DNA of 47,123 nt from Nemertoderma westbladi (taxonomy: Eukaryota; Animalia; Xenacoelomorpha): the NCBI GenBank assembly GCA_032718475.1, contig JAUCBJ010005841.1, forward strand, positions 1 through 47,123. Direction: 5' to 3'. The notes beneath the pieces are model-generated. The model had not been told where the DNA came from. It searched no databases and saw nothing but the letters and a program-made list of their open reading frames with translations. Below are positions 1 through 11,233 of this stretch, in pieces (positions within the stretch are counted from its first letter, which is position 1; each line of letters starts with the position of its first letter). The position numbers and the translations under genes were made by a program.

Positions 1-6
1 AAACCC

Positions 7-273
7 GTGGCGCGTATTGCCCTTCGACGGGGGGTTCCATTGGCCAAAAGAGCTGGGAGGAAAATTCTTAAACAAGCAATACGAAAGGGGGTTCCCCAAT
101 TAAAAAAAACGGGGAAGAAATTAATAAATCAGGCTTTAGCGCGTTCTAAACCGTCGACCAGGGAAGTAGCAAACAAAATTATGGAGGAAGTTTTAAATAG
201 TGAACAGAAGCAGTCAATAAACGGACAACGTAAAAAAAGGAAACGACGGATTTGTCGCGATATTTTTAGCTAG
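7..273 (+). CDS. Small Arg/Lys-rich protein, probable virion core/DNA-condensing protein (may be 5'-incomplete)
   Basis: Very basic, repeated (L/I)R(R/K)GVPxxK motif, C-terminal RKKRKRR; lies immediately upstream of the capsid gene as seen in Maverick/adintovirus cassettes. Confidence 0.55.
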   Translation: MARIALRRGVPLAKRAGRKILKQAIRKGVPQLKKTGKKLINQALARSKPSTREVANKIMEEVLNSEQKQSINGQRKKRKRRICRDIFS

Positions 274-285
274 TTAATCGGCAAA

Positions 286-1539
286 ATGGAGGATTTTGTT
301 AATGAGGAACTTAATCTATTTAGTAGTATCGATTCACAGGATGCGATAGAAGAATGTTTTGAGCATGACGTTTTCCCAATTACAACGCTTGGGGAGGGTA
401 CTTCAATAATTGATTTTTCAATTGAGAGGTCGGAAGATCATTATACTGTAGCCCAAGAAACAATTTTAGAATTAGTATATCGAGTTGTAACAACGGCGCG
501 CCCAAACAATGCCGCGATACATCAAACGCCGCTAAGTCTCGCAACACTCTTCTCTAATATTAGTGTTTTGATTAATGAGCGTGAAATAGAGAGTAATACC
601 TCAAATTATGCATATAAAGCGTTTTTGAATAGTGTATTATTGAATGATACTGTTACCAAATCAACAATATTAGCTGCCGCGGGTTACGGCGAGCAAGATG
701 AGGCGGGTCTCCCGGTGGAATTTGCAGCAGCGGAAGATTTACAAAGCAGACAATATCATGTTCAGGGTAGACTTTATATTGATCTTTTCAACCAAGTACG
801 ATTTTTACCTCCAAAAACCAGTATAAAAATAAGGTTGACTAGGGCAGTTAATGAATTTAATCTAGTGTGCCCGGCTAATGTGGTTAGACCTCATATACTA
901 ATATCAAATGCTAAACTGAAAATAAAACGAGCGAAACTAGATTCCCATTTACGTGAGCAACACGCTACTCAACTCAAAATTAGCGATTTCGTTTATCCTA
1001 TTATTCAGAATGAAGTGACCTCGTTTACTATTGCTAATGGGCAGCGTTCGATTGTTAGAGAAAATTTATTTACCAATAAGAACCTTCCCCGTTTTGTAGT
1101 TATTGCCCTCGTTCGCAATGACACCTATAATGGTAACTTATTAAGAAATTCGTTATTGTTTGAGCATTTCCATTGTAATTACCTACAGTTGACACTAGAT
1201 GGCAAAGTTCTCGGAGGAATAACCTATAAGCCTAATTTTAATAGTGGAGAGTTTATCAATGAATATTGCGCCCTCCAAAATAATTTATTATCGATAACGT
1301 GTGGTACGAGTAATGGGATAACACCAAATCAGTTTCGAGATCGTTATCCTTTCTTTGTCTGGAATCTTTCGCCTAGTGGTCATCTGGATGATGATGAAAG
1401 ACCAATGCATCGTTTTGGGAATGCGAGGCTGGAAATTTCATTTGGTCATGCATTAGGAGCTACAATAAATGTTATAATGTGGGCAGCATACGATAGAACG
1501 ATAAATATTAGTGAAAGTGGGGCAGTATCAATATTCTAG
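286..1539 (+). CDS. Maverick/Polinton major capsid protein (double jelly-roll, hexon-like)
   Basis: 417 aa beta-rich ORF with motifs I recognise from Maverick capsid proteins: DLFNQxRFLP, LPRFVVIALVxNxxYNG, FEHF, FFVWNLSP, GNARLEISF; adjacent to protease. Confidence 0.85.
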   Translation: MEDFVNEELNLFSSIDSQDAIEECFEHDVFPITTLGEGTSIIDFSIERSEDHYTVAQETILELVYRVVTTARPNNAAIHQTPLSLATLFSNISVLINEREIESNTSNYAYKAFLNSVLLNDTVTKSTILAAAGYGEQDEAGLPVEFAAAEDLQSRQYHVQGRLYIDLFNQVRFLPPKTSIKIRLTRAVNEFNLVCPANVVRPHILISNAKLKIKRAKLDSHLREQHATQLKISDFVYPIIQNEVTSFTIANGQRSIVRENLFTNKNLPRFVVIALVRNDTYNGNLLRNSLLFEHFHCNYLQLTLDGKVLGGITYKPNFNSGEFINEYCALQNNLLSITCGTSNGITPNQFRDRYPFFVWNLSPSGHLDDDERPMHRFGNARLEISFGHALGATINVIMWAAYDRTINISESGAVSIF

Positions 1540-1587
1540 AATAATGTGAAAGAGTGAAGCAAACAAGTGTAAATCAATTTCTAGAAA

Positions 1588-2007
1588 ATGTTAAACTCTA
1601 ACGATTTAAACAATTTCCCCTTAGGGGAACATTATCAGGGGTCTTTTCCTATAAATCGCCTACCCAATAAGCAGAATAAAAAAATGAGTTTCATATCAAA
1701 TACTCAAGCGGCTCATTTACCTGGGATGCATTGGGTTGCAATTTTCGTAGACTGTGACCGTGGTGAATATTTTGATTCATTCGCGCGATATCCACCCCCG
1801 CAAATCGAGGACTGGTTGCTACGTAATACTAAAAAGTGGTTTAGAACGAGGCAGATTGTTCAACACCCGCTGCGAACTAGTTGTGGGGGTTATTGTTTAT
1901 TTTATTTATACGAAAGAGGAAAAACTTCTACTCCATTAAATTTTTTTGGAGAAGATTTAAATAAAAATGAGAGACTGCTCGCCTGCTGGTTGAAGGAAAA
2001 AATCTAA
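1588..2007 (+). CDS. Adenain-like (clan CE) cysteine maturation protease
   Basis: Catalytic motifs in order: GMHWVAI (His), EYFDSF (Asp), Q (oxyanion), SCGGYCL (Cys). Confidence 0.9.
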   Translation: MLNSNDLNNFPLGEHYQGSFPINRLPNKQNKKMSFISNTQAAHLPGMHWVAIFVDCDRGEYFDSFARYPPPQIEDWLLRNTKKWFRTRQIVQHPLRTSCGGYCLFYLYERGKTSTPLNFFGEDLNKNERLLACWLKEKI

Positions 2008-2169
2008 ACTTTAATTTTTATAAATTTATATTATGTGTTACTTGTTAAGTGTTTTATGTTCATTATTGAGTGTGTTATATATCATAAATGTTATAATGTA
2101 TTATCATAGAGAAAAAATGAAAAATAACCGGTTAAACATCTTATATTTTTAAACAATATGGGGAAACAA

Positions 2170-2270
2170 GAATAAATAATTTACCGACAACATCAATATT
2201 AAATAATATAACAACAACGGATAAATAATTTACCAACAACATTAATAATAAATAATATAAGAACATCAAC
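2170..2270 (+). repeat. Two ~50-bp imperfect tandem copies in the Maverick 3' spacer
   Basis: ATAAATAATTTACC(G/A)ACAACAT(C/T)AATA(T/A)TAAATAATATAA occurs twice about 50 bp apart. Confidence 0.6.
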
Positions 2271-3003
2271 AATAACAAAAGATATAGTCAGAACAGTTTT
2301 TATTAAATAGAGACTGTTTATATTAATAGGGTTGCTGGTCTCCGCGAGTAACGCTTGGTTTAACCCTTTTTCATGAGAAAGATGCCTTCTCTGAGAGAAC
2401 GTTTTAGTAAATAGGTCTGGTGCAAAGGAAAGGGATTAGTAGAGAGGATTGCGTGTTTAGAGGCGCTTCATTGTTATGATACGGGCTGCCTGGATATAGG
2501 AAAGGGACAAAGCGACGCCGGCTATAGTGGGAACAATGGAGGGCCGCTTGAGCATTAGCCTTGGGCGATATACGGATTTGCTGTAGTCAAGGCCGCATTG
2601 GGATTATTAGTGAGTCATCGAGGGGGGTGCTAACAGACGGGACTGCTCATTTATATTTGCCTTGGGGGTATACGTATAGATTCACTGCCTGTCGTATCTA
2701 GTTAATGAATAATGAGGATAGAGGAGGGGCCCCCGCCGATGAACGCAGTTGATAGTTGCCAGTAGGGAGCCGTATACCATAGCCATTATAAAGTTAAAAA
2801 TAGACATTATGTCATAGTGATCTCGTTGGTAATATAAAAACTAATTAATCTAAAAATAGAAATCAATGTATAAAGTAAAAGTAATATATACAATTAATTA
2901 ATTTAAAATAAAGTACAAATGAATAAATACGAATAAAATAAAATACAAATAATTAATTAAAATTAAATATAAATAAATAAGTATTAATGAATAAAAGAGC
3001 TGC

Positions 3004-3339
3004 GGTGTCACTTATGACACCCTCTTCCCCCTTCTCTGCGACAGTTAGACATCACTGATGACCCATTGTGTGTCAGGGCGCTAATCAGTCTGATTAATTA
3101 GGATAATCAATTAAACCCTAATTAGGAGTCATATGACACCTGTTAGGGTTTAATTATACTAATTAATTGATGACACCTGTCAATTAGGGTCTAATTAGCC
3201 TAATTGGGAGGTGTCACCCAGACAGTCTGGCGCCAATGACACCCAATGACACCCATAGGGTGATAATTGGGTGTCATATGACACCCAATGGGTGTCAGTT
3301 AGGTCTAACTGTCACAAAGAGGAGGAAGACCCTACTACT
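3004..3339. repeat. Terminal palindromic segment of the Maverick right TIR
   Basis: Arms 3023-3068 (TCTTCCCCCTTCTCTGCGACAGTTAGAC...) and 3286-3329 (...GTCTAACTGTCACAAAGAGGAGGAAGA) are reverse-complementary; many TGACAC/GTGTCA motifs; ends CTACTACT. Confidence 0.75.
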
Positions 3340-3341
3340 AA

Positions 3342-5927
3342 CGCCTCCGTATCGCTAGAGTCCAAGAAGAGCAAGTAAAGAAAAAACGTATAGAAGACAG
3401 AAAGACAGCGGCAGTAGCAGCAGCAGTGGCAGCGGCAGAAGCAGAAAGAAAGGTGGCAGAGGTAGAAGCCGAAAGAAAGGCGGCAGAGATAGAAGCGGAA
3501 AGAAAAGCGGCAGAAGCGGAAAGAAAGGCGGCAGAGGTAGAAGCCGAAAGAAAGGCGGCAGAGATAGAAGCGGAAAGAAAAGCGGCAGTAGCAGCGGCAG
3601 AAGCAGAACAGAGAGCGTCTGAAGAGATCGCCCAACTAGATTTGGAAAATATTCAAGAGAATCAAGACTGTATAAATAAACAGTTAACAGCTAGTCAAAT
3701 GCAGATGATGAGTCGATCTACTCCCAAAAGACAGGGATATACATCATCTGAGGAAGGCGATACAACCGATACTGAAGGCGGAGGAAATAGATCTCGTCTA
3801 AGCAGACGTAGAAGAATATCCCACCGTCAGAAATTGCCTGATTTGCCCCCAGCTGTTAGAAGGCAACTAACTAACACAAACTTAGGTAGTACAGAACCCA
3901 CAGACCAAATAATTAACATAGAAAGACTCCCTACTATAGTAGATGAGCCTGAAATAATTAGGCCTGTTCTCGAAGCCACCCCTTCGGTGATAGAGACACC
4001 TGTACTCCCTGAACCTACCTCTAAATTCCCTCTGCACAGCACTAAGCTACCTGTGCCCCACAGAACCACCCTTGAAAATGTTCATGTCCTGGACTCCGAG
4101 CGAAATATTAATGATTTGTCGCCCGTTGTCCCTCGTCCGCCCGCTACAACATTGGTGCCTCCCGCTTCGGCGGTCGAGTGGGTAGATGAGGGACGACGGG
4201 AGATGGGTCTCCTGCTCGGGCAGCTGAGGGAACACCGTTCCCGCTCCTCTCAGCAAGTCCAGGAGATGGAGGGGACTGTGCAGCAGTTAAAGGGAACAGT
4301 TAGAGAGAGTAGGTTAGAGTTGCAAGAAGTGCAGCAAAGTATCGCGTTAGAACGCGATAAATTAGTAAATACACAAAAGGGTATACCACCACCCCCTGTA
4401 ACGATGTGTCAACCTGTTAGGTCTGAAGTATTTCATGCGCAAGGTGTGGAGCCTACACGCATCTATACTGCTAGCGAAGTGGAAACTCCTATAGTAAACC
4501 CTATTAAGGGTAATTATAAACCCGTTGACAATGATATCCCATATAGACTTGATAATAATCCGAGAAATTTATATACCGATAACTCGATATTAAATAACAC
4601 GATGGCCCAAGAAAGTTTTACGCGTCAAATGGCTAGAACCGAAGCCCGTCAAGCGGTAAAGGTGGGAGAGATCGTCAAGTTCAATGGAGATGAGATGAAA
4701 TGGTTACCTTTTAATGAATATTACAAAGATAACATACAGAACTCTGTGCTATCAAACGGAGAGAAACTTAGATTCCTCATTGAGTGCTTGGAAGGATCTC
4801 CCAAGTTAATGGCGTTAAAGTTTATTGGACATCCCGATGGATTAAGACAAGTTTGGGATACCCTAAACATCAGGTATGGTAATAGGAATAACATAGCTAG
4901 GTATTTGTTTGCAAAATTGGTAGCGCCCCGAAAATTCATTAGCAGCGGGATTATAGAGTTTTCCGATGAGATTCAGGAGATCTGTAGACAATTAGATTGG
5001 CTAGGTAAGTCTCATGAATATCAGAGTTCTATGGTTATTGGAGCTGTGGCCTCTACTTTACCGAAGGGTGGAGTAGGTACACGCTGGGATAAGAAAGTGT
5101 TATATATGATGGAACAGCAACGACGAGACCCTACCATGGCTGATCTCATGTCATTTTTAGATGGAGAGGTAAAATTACAGCTCCTAAAGCAGTCCAGAGA
5201 GAAGACACCGGAAAATAAAGTAAGTGAGAAACCCATTTCTAGGAGAAAGGTAATACCAGTGTGTTATACAGACGACAGCGAAAGCCAGGCTTCTCAAGAG
5301 GAAGACAGCGGGAAAGACACTGAAAGATCTTACTATGACAACAAAGCGCCTAAGGACGTAAGTAAATTCAAGTCTCGAACCAATGACAGGAGAGAACAGG
5401 TAAGAAAAACCCCTCCTACGTCTCCTAAGAGAATTCAGGTAAGAAAGCCCGAAGAAAGAACGAGTGTGCACAACGTTACTCAAAATAAGGTAAGTAACAT
5501 CAAACCGAAATGTGCGCTGTGTGACGGGCTCCACCGTTTGAATATGTGTGATGAATTCCTAAAGAAATCATTAACGGATAGACGGGAAGTCATGTGGGAT
5601 AAGCGGTTGTGTTACAATTGCCTCAGACAAGGACACCAACGGCGAACCTGTTACTCTGACACAAGGTGTGCAAAGTGCGGTGCGAAACATCATATCTTGT
5701 TGCACACTGAATTCGAACGAAACAGCCCGAGTCAGGTAAGTGATTCCGAACTACATGTCCAATTCAGTGATGTGAACGACACTGACCAAAGTTCTGAGAT
5801 GGAAGGATTCTATACGGATGAATTCTCCGACGAAGATGAATCCTGTTACATGATAAATACCGCAGTGTATCGAGCACTTACGTATGAAAAAGACACAGAC
5901 AGCGACCCTCACCCTAACTACTTCTGA
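3342..5927 (+). CDS. gag: Bel/Pao Gag (5'-truncated)
   Basis: Frame open from 3342; N-terminal AE(A/V/I)ERKA heptad repeats; capsid-like region (KFNGDxxKW..F, LSNGEKLRFLIECLEG, LNIRYGN; DUF1759-like); C-terminal Cys/His knuckles CALCDGLHRLNMC, CYNCLRQGHQRRTC, CAKCGAKHHILLH typical of Bel/Pao. Confidence 0.9.
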   Translation, partial: RLRIARVQEEQVKKKRIEDRKTAAVAAAVAAAEAERKVAEVEAERKAAEIEAERKAAEAERKAAEVEAERKAAEIEAERKAAVAAAEAEQRASEEIAQLDLENIQENQDCINKQLTASQMQMMSRSTPKRQGYTSSEEGDTTDTEGGGNRSRLSRRRRISHRQKLPDLPPAVRRQLTNTNLGSTEPTDQIINIERLPTIVDEPEIIRPVLEATPSVIETPVLPEPTSKFPLHSTKLPVPHRTTLENVHVLDSERNINDLSPVVPRPPATTLVPPASAVEWVDEGRREMGLLLGQLREHRSRSSQQVQEMEGTVQQLKGTVRESRLELQEVQQSIALERDKLVNTQKGIPPPPVTMCQPVRSEVFHAQGVEPTRIYTASEVETPIVNPIKGNYKPVDNDIPYRLDNNPRNLYTDNSILNNTMAQESFTRQMARTEARQAVKVGEIVKFNGDEMKWLPFNEYYKDNIQNSVLSNGEKLRFLIECLEGSPKLMALKFIGHPDGLRQVWDTLNIRYGNRNNIARYLFAKLVAPRKFISSGIIEFSDEIQEICRQLDWLGKSHEYQSSMVIGAVASTLPKGGVGTRWDKKVLYMMEQQRRDPTMADLMSFLDGEVKLQLLKQSREKTPENKVSEKPISRRKVIPVCYTDDSESQASQEEDSGKDTERSYYDNKAPKDVSKFKSRTNDRREQVRKTPPTSPKRIQVRKPEERTSVHNVTQNKVSNIKPKCALCDGLHRLNMCDEFLKKSLTDRREVMWDKRLCYNCLRQGHQRRTCYSDTRCAKCGAKHHILLHTEFERNSPSQVSDSELHVQFSDVNDTDQSSEMEGFYTDEFSDEDESCYMINTAVYRALTYEKDTDSDPHPNYF

Positions 5928-8900
5928 TCGACAACCATCTTGGAAAGCGCCAACTTCCAATGTAGGAATCCGAGAATTTCCTGTAGTACAGTTAAGGGTC
6001 CACGGACCTAAAAGGAGTTATATAGTGAATGCCCTCCTTGACTCCGGTAGCACAGGAACATTCATCGACAAAGAACTAGCCGAAGACATCTTTGCTGGAC
6101 AACCCAAGTTCCGAACTAAGCTAAATATGTCAGGAATTATGCAGGTTTGGAAATCTACAGTAATAGCGGATTATTATGTAGGTGCGTTGTCCACCCCCCA
6201 GGATGAACTAGGAGAACATAGTATAAGGTCAGTAAAAATGGTGGCGATAAAGAACTTCGCTACCAGCCAAGTGGAACCTTATAACTGGGATGAGGACGAT
6301 TTCACCCAGCAGCTTGAAATACCTAGATTCAACACCGATTACCCTGGAGTGCAAATACTCATCGGTCAAAACGCGCATGAAGCGCTCGAGACATTGGAGA
6401 AACGGCCTGCTCAACCGCAACCACTACAAGCTTATGCGGGAAGAACTAGAGTGGGTTGGTACTTTACTAGCCCTTCCCATAGAACTCTCATGGAAAGATT
6501 ACCGAAAGATCAGGTATATCAAGTAAGAGAATGGGAAGTTGAGAGCAGTGAGTTAGACGATCCAACTGAGGGAACACCATACTCCTCAGATAATGACGAT
6601 GTCCACCAACTCTTCGACGAGGAGAATACCATTGATCTCCTTAAGGAAAACGAGACTTGGCAAAACCAAGTGAACTTATGTCAGCTCCTTCGCCCATCGG
6701 AACGAGACGACTATAACGACGAACTGAATGACGTCATTGAACGTTATAATGCCAAAACTCGGGATGAACACGCCGTACGATTCTTTACTCAAGAGGCTGT
6801 AGAGCCCAATTCCTACGATAAGGCCCTATCGGTAGAAGAAGAAAGAGCCAAGCAGATCCAAGAGACAACTACACGTTTTCTTAAAGATCAAGGTAGATAT
6901 GAAATCGGTCTACCTTTCCGAAAGCGAGAACCAAAGTTCATAAACAACAGACCCTTGGCGGAGAAAAGAATTGCTCAACTACATCGACGCCTTACGGCAA
7001 ATTCTTCAGCTAAAGAAATGTATCAAACGCAGTTGAAGAAATTTATTAGCAAGGGATACGCGGAGCGAGTACCGGAAGAAACACCTATAACTGAGAGAAT
7101 GTATTATTTAACTCACCATTACGTTCCCAAACCCGGTAAACCCCATGAGGTACGAGTAGTGTTTGACGGCTCCGCCCTCTACATGGGCCAATCCCTTAAT
7201 TCCGAATTGTTACCCGGACCCAACTTACTCCAATCCTTGTTGGGAATACTCTTAAGATTAAGACAATATTCAATCGCTTTCGCCTCAGATATAGAAGGCA
7301 TGTTCTTACAAGTCAAGGCGCTGGATAGGGATCGAGATAGCCTACGATTTCTGTGGTGGCCTGAAGGAGACCTCAACCAGAAACCGGTGGAGTACTGGAT
7401 GACCATCCAGGCCTTTGGGATAATCTCAAGCCCTTCAAACGCCTGTTCAGTGGTGCGCACCACTGCGGATGACAACCGGGAAGCCTTCTCTAAAGAGGTG
7501 ATCGACAACATCAAACGGGATATATACATGGACGACAATCTAAAGTCCCTTCCATCAGTCGAAGAAGCCATTGATGTCGCTAAAGGAACGGTAGAGTGCT
7601 TAAAAAGAGGTGGATTTCGATTAACTAAATTCACCAGCAACTCCCGTGAGTTTCTGGAGTCGATCCCGGTAGAAGATCAAGGAGTGAAAGAGCTAGATCT
7701 AATCAAAGATGATCTTCCAGAAACCAAGACACTTGGTTTGAAATGGGACACAGAGAGAGATATCCTGTTTTTCCAGCTAAAACAGCGAGATAATCCAGTT
7801 CGGACTAAACGGATTTGTTTAAGTATCCTGAGCACTTATTTCGATCCATTGGGATTTATTAGCTCAGTTATATTGATTGCTCGGAGTTTAGTACAACAAA
7901 TGTGGCTTGAAAACCACTCATGGGACGATCCACTTAAGGGAGAATTATTAAAGAAGTGGATGAAATGGGAAGATTCTTTACCAGCCATCGAGAACTTTAT
8001 AATTTCCCGTTCATATTTTGGTCATGTTCTCCCTACGTATTCCTATCAACTCCATGTGTTTGGAGACGCCAGCGATATGGGAATAGGTATAGTAGCCTAC
8101 CTAAGAGTGGAAACTCCGGATGGAATCAAAGTCGCCTTGGTTACCTCTAAGGCATTGATAAACAACAAGTTGAAAGTTCCTCGAGCGGAGTTAAAAGCGG
8201 CTCTATACGCTATAGCCATCGGCCGGAATATAACAGAACAGATCGATTATCCATTGGAGAAAACTGTCTATTGGACCGATGCTTTACTCGTGTTGGAGTA
8301 TATAACCAATGAAGTCTGTCAGTTCAGCGTCTTCGTTACCAACAGAGTAGCCATTATACTTAGTCGCACGAAGATGGATCAATGGAGACATTGCCCCGGA
8401 ACGATTAATCCAGCAGACATCGCCTCCAGGGGAGCAACTCCACAAGAACTGGTAGATACTCCAGACTGGTTAGGTGGACCCGACTTCCTCTACAAAGAAG
8501 AAGAAGAATGGCCTCCTCATCTTACTACGGCAGAGATTAGACAGGCCAAGGGAGCGGAGAAAGTCAAACCTAAAACTCGGGCGAGTAAATCGAAGTTATT
8601 TAAACCTATGGTAGATCTGTCTGTACTACATACTTCCGGAGACGACGCTTTGGATCAGAAACCCACAGCCACAAATAAGTTTGTTGTGGAAATCCGTGAG
8701 AAGGATTGGAAATCTGGAATACCAGACGTCTCGCAAGGACTCTCACCTCTCCTGCAGAGAGCGATACATCACTACAGTTCCTGGAATCGGCTCTGTAAGG
8801 CCGTTACATATTTAAAACGATGTTTTCATCATCACTACTCCGGGACGAAGACCAATAGTGATACCGCTCCGCTGACATCGGTGCAGGTCCATGTTGTTAA

Positions 8901-10410
8901 AGATCTTCCCAAATATAAGATATCCGACAGGTTTCTGAAGGAGAAGATCAGTTATCAGGAGCATGAAGAAACCAACAAGCAGATGCTGAGACTCCTGCAA
9001 TGCTATGAGGATTCCAATAAGTATTTCCTGTTGTTAAGAAATCCACAGATGCGCTTAAGGGATCGTTTCTCTAGCACAATGATAGATGGGTTAATACGTG
9101 TTGGAGGAAGATTAATGAATGCTCCATTATCTTTTGACACTAAGTTTCCCATACTCATTAGAAATCTTGAGATACAAGTCAAGATGATTGTAGATGTTCA
9201 CAGCAAACTTTATCATGCTGGCAGAGAACGAGTTCTTAGCGAAATTCGAACTCGCTATTATTTTTATAAACCCCGTAGAGCTCTGAACCAAGTTCTTAGG
9301 AACTGTATACCCTGTAGGAAAGCATTCAGTAGGCCTTTAACACAGCGAGAGGCAGAATTACCTAGGGAACGAGTAAGCTTCTATGAACCACCCTTTACTA
9401 ATACCGGTGTAGATTTATTTGGCCCTATTGAAGTATATCGTGCTAGGACTATAGTCAAGAGATGGTGTGTCATCTTTGTTTGTATGACTTGTAGAGCTAT
9501 CCATCTCGATATGGTGAACGATATATCTACCAACAGCTTCCTATTAATCTTACGACGACAGATCGCTCGCTTTGGAACTAGTAACACGATGAGATCTGAT
9601 AAGGGAACAAACTTCATTGGTGCCAACAATGAAATCAAAGCTTACGTCAAAGATTGGAACCAAAGACAGGTGGACGATCAGCTAAGGGTAACAGCGTCTA
9701 GCTGGACCTTCAACGCCGCCGACGCCCCTTGGTGGGGAGGAAGTTGGGAGAGATTAATCAGAAGTGTGAAGACCGCATTTCACTTTATAGTGCCGTGCCT
9801 TGCGTATCTCACCGACGAACTTTTGCGGACGTTAATGGAGGAAATCGCCGCCTATCTCAACGAGAGACCGCTTATGCCAGTCTCATCGAGTCCCGATTCC
9901 CTGGAAGCGCTAACACCCGCGCACTTCCTACTGAAGAAACCTGTAGCCATGCTCCCACAATCGGAAATCACAGACGGAGACGAATACTGCCAGCAAACTT
10001 GGCAACTCATGCAGTTGTTATCCCGTCGTTTCGCTGACCATTTCGAAAAACACTATCTGCCCACACTACAACTTTGAACGAAGTGGTTTGCGCAGCAAGA
10101 AAACGTCAGCGCTGGAGACATGGTCCTTATTGTGGATTCAGATCTTCCATGTAAGCGTTGGCAGACAGGTCGTATCATCGAGACTCACATCTCGGATGAC
10201 GGTTTGGTGCGATCGGTAGAACTTGTCGTCATGCGACGTAACTTCAAGAAACCGGGAATTGTCTTCGAGACACAGCAGCTCAATCGCCCAGTTGGTCGTT
10301 TATGTTTACTGGAAAGAGACCGAGAACTGTCCGGAAACTATGGAAGGCAAGATACTCTTCCCACGACCACCTCCCTAATCCAACAAACATCTAGGGACTC
10401 CCCAGCTTAG
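5884..10410 (+). pseudogene. pol: Bel/Pao Pol (protease, RT, RNase H, integrase, C-terminal DUF5641-like domain) with in-frame TGA at 10075-10077
   Basis: LLDSGS (PR); SDIEGMFLQV and YMDD (RT); VFGDASD, PRAEL, WTDA, NPADIASRG (RNase H); HHCC, GVDLFGP, SDKGTNF, GGSWERLIRSVK (integrase). The frame continues past TGA as TKWFAQQENVSAGDMVLIVD...WQTGRI to 10410. Confidence 0.9.
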
Positions 10411-10958
10411 TAGCTTATGGAGTGGGTGTGTGACCATATTATTTTATATTCTTATTATTTTATATTTATGTATGTATTATTATGTAATTTTATTATAATC
10501 GTTTTCTTTAATTTTATTTAGTAGAATGTTATTTTAGCGATTATTTAGTAGATTAGTGCAATATATTAGTGCTTATTACTTAATTACTTACATATTATAT
10601 ATTTACAGCGACGGCGAGAAATAATTCTTTTTCTCTTTCCTTACTGTCCGTATTACATTACAAATACGTAACGACAGTAAGATGAAATATCCGTACTTAT
10701 TAAAGTACAATAAAGCTCCTACTATATTCAAGTATTATTGGTAAAGTAGAGTATTAGGAATGCAAAATTCAGATCCTCGTGTCTCTGCTAAACCAAGCTC
10801 TGGGTAGACCTTGGAAACGACTTGCCTCTTCTCACTGACATTGCTTCGTGCGATATTGCTCTCATACCGTATATTAAATAATACATATAGTAGCGTGATG
10901 TCCCTTTAACAGTAGCGTATAACGCAAAATAAATCTGTTAAACCCTTTGACCATCTGT

Positions 10959-11233
10959 AATTCTAGTCGATTAAGATATCGCGGCACCCACCGATATACT
11001 TGAAAGACAAAATTCTAGAATCAGTGGTTAACGTCCCCAGACAAGTTCTGGAATAAACTGGTGCCCATCCTAAATATTAACTATTAATATTTATAAAATC
11101 AGTCAAAATTTAGATCCTTTAAAATTCTAGTCAATTAAGATATCGTAGCACTTACCGATACTCTTAAAAAGACAAATTTCCTAGAATCAAGGATCCCAGT
11201 CCCCAGATATGTTCTGGAATAAAATTGTGTCCA
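10959..11233 (+). repeat. Two ~110-bp imperfect direct repeats downstream of pol
   Basis: AATTCTAGTC(G/A)ATTAAGATATCG...GTCCCCAGA...GTTCTGGAATAAA at 10959-11068 and 11123-11233. Confidence 0.75.

Larger units (their letters stand above)
1..3339 (+). mobile_element. Right-hand part of a Maverick/Polinton (adintovirus-like) endogenous viral element
   Basis: Compact intronless co-oriented cassette of basic ORF, capsid-like ORF and adenain-like protease, then AT-rich spacer and a repeat-rich palindromic terminus ending in CTACTACT at 3339 (Mavericks end 5'-AGTAGT...ACTACT-3'). pPolB, integrase and ATPase would lie left of the window. Confidence 0.85.

Noticed and set aside
1-10410. Single chimeric virus combining a jelly-roll capsid with reverse transcriptase
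   Set aside because: A Maverick-type terminus sits exactly where gag is cut, which favours nesting; kept only as an alternative to test.
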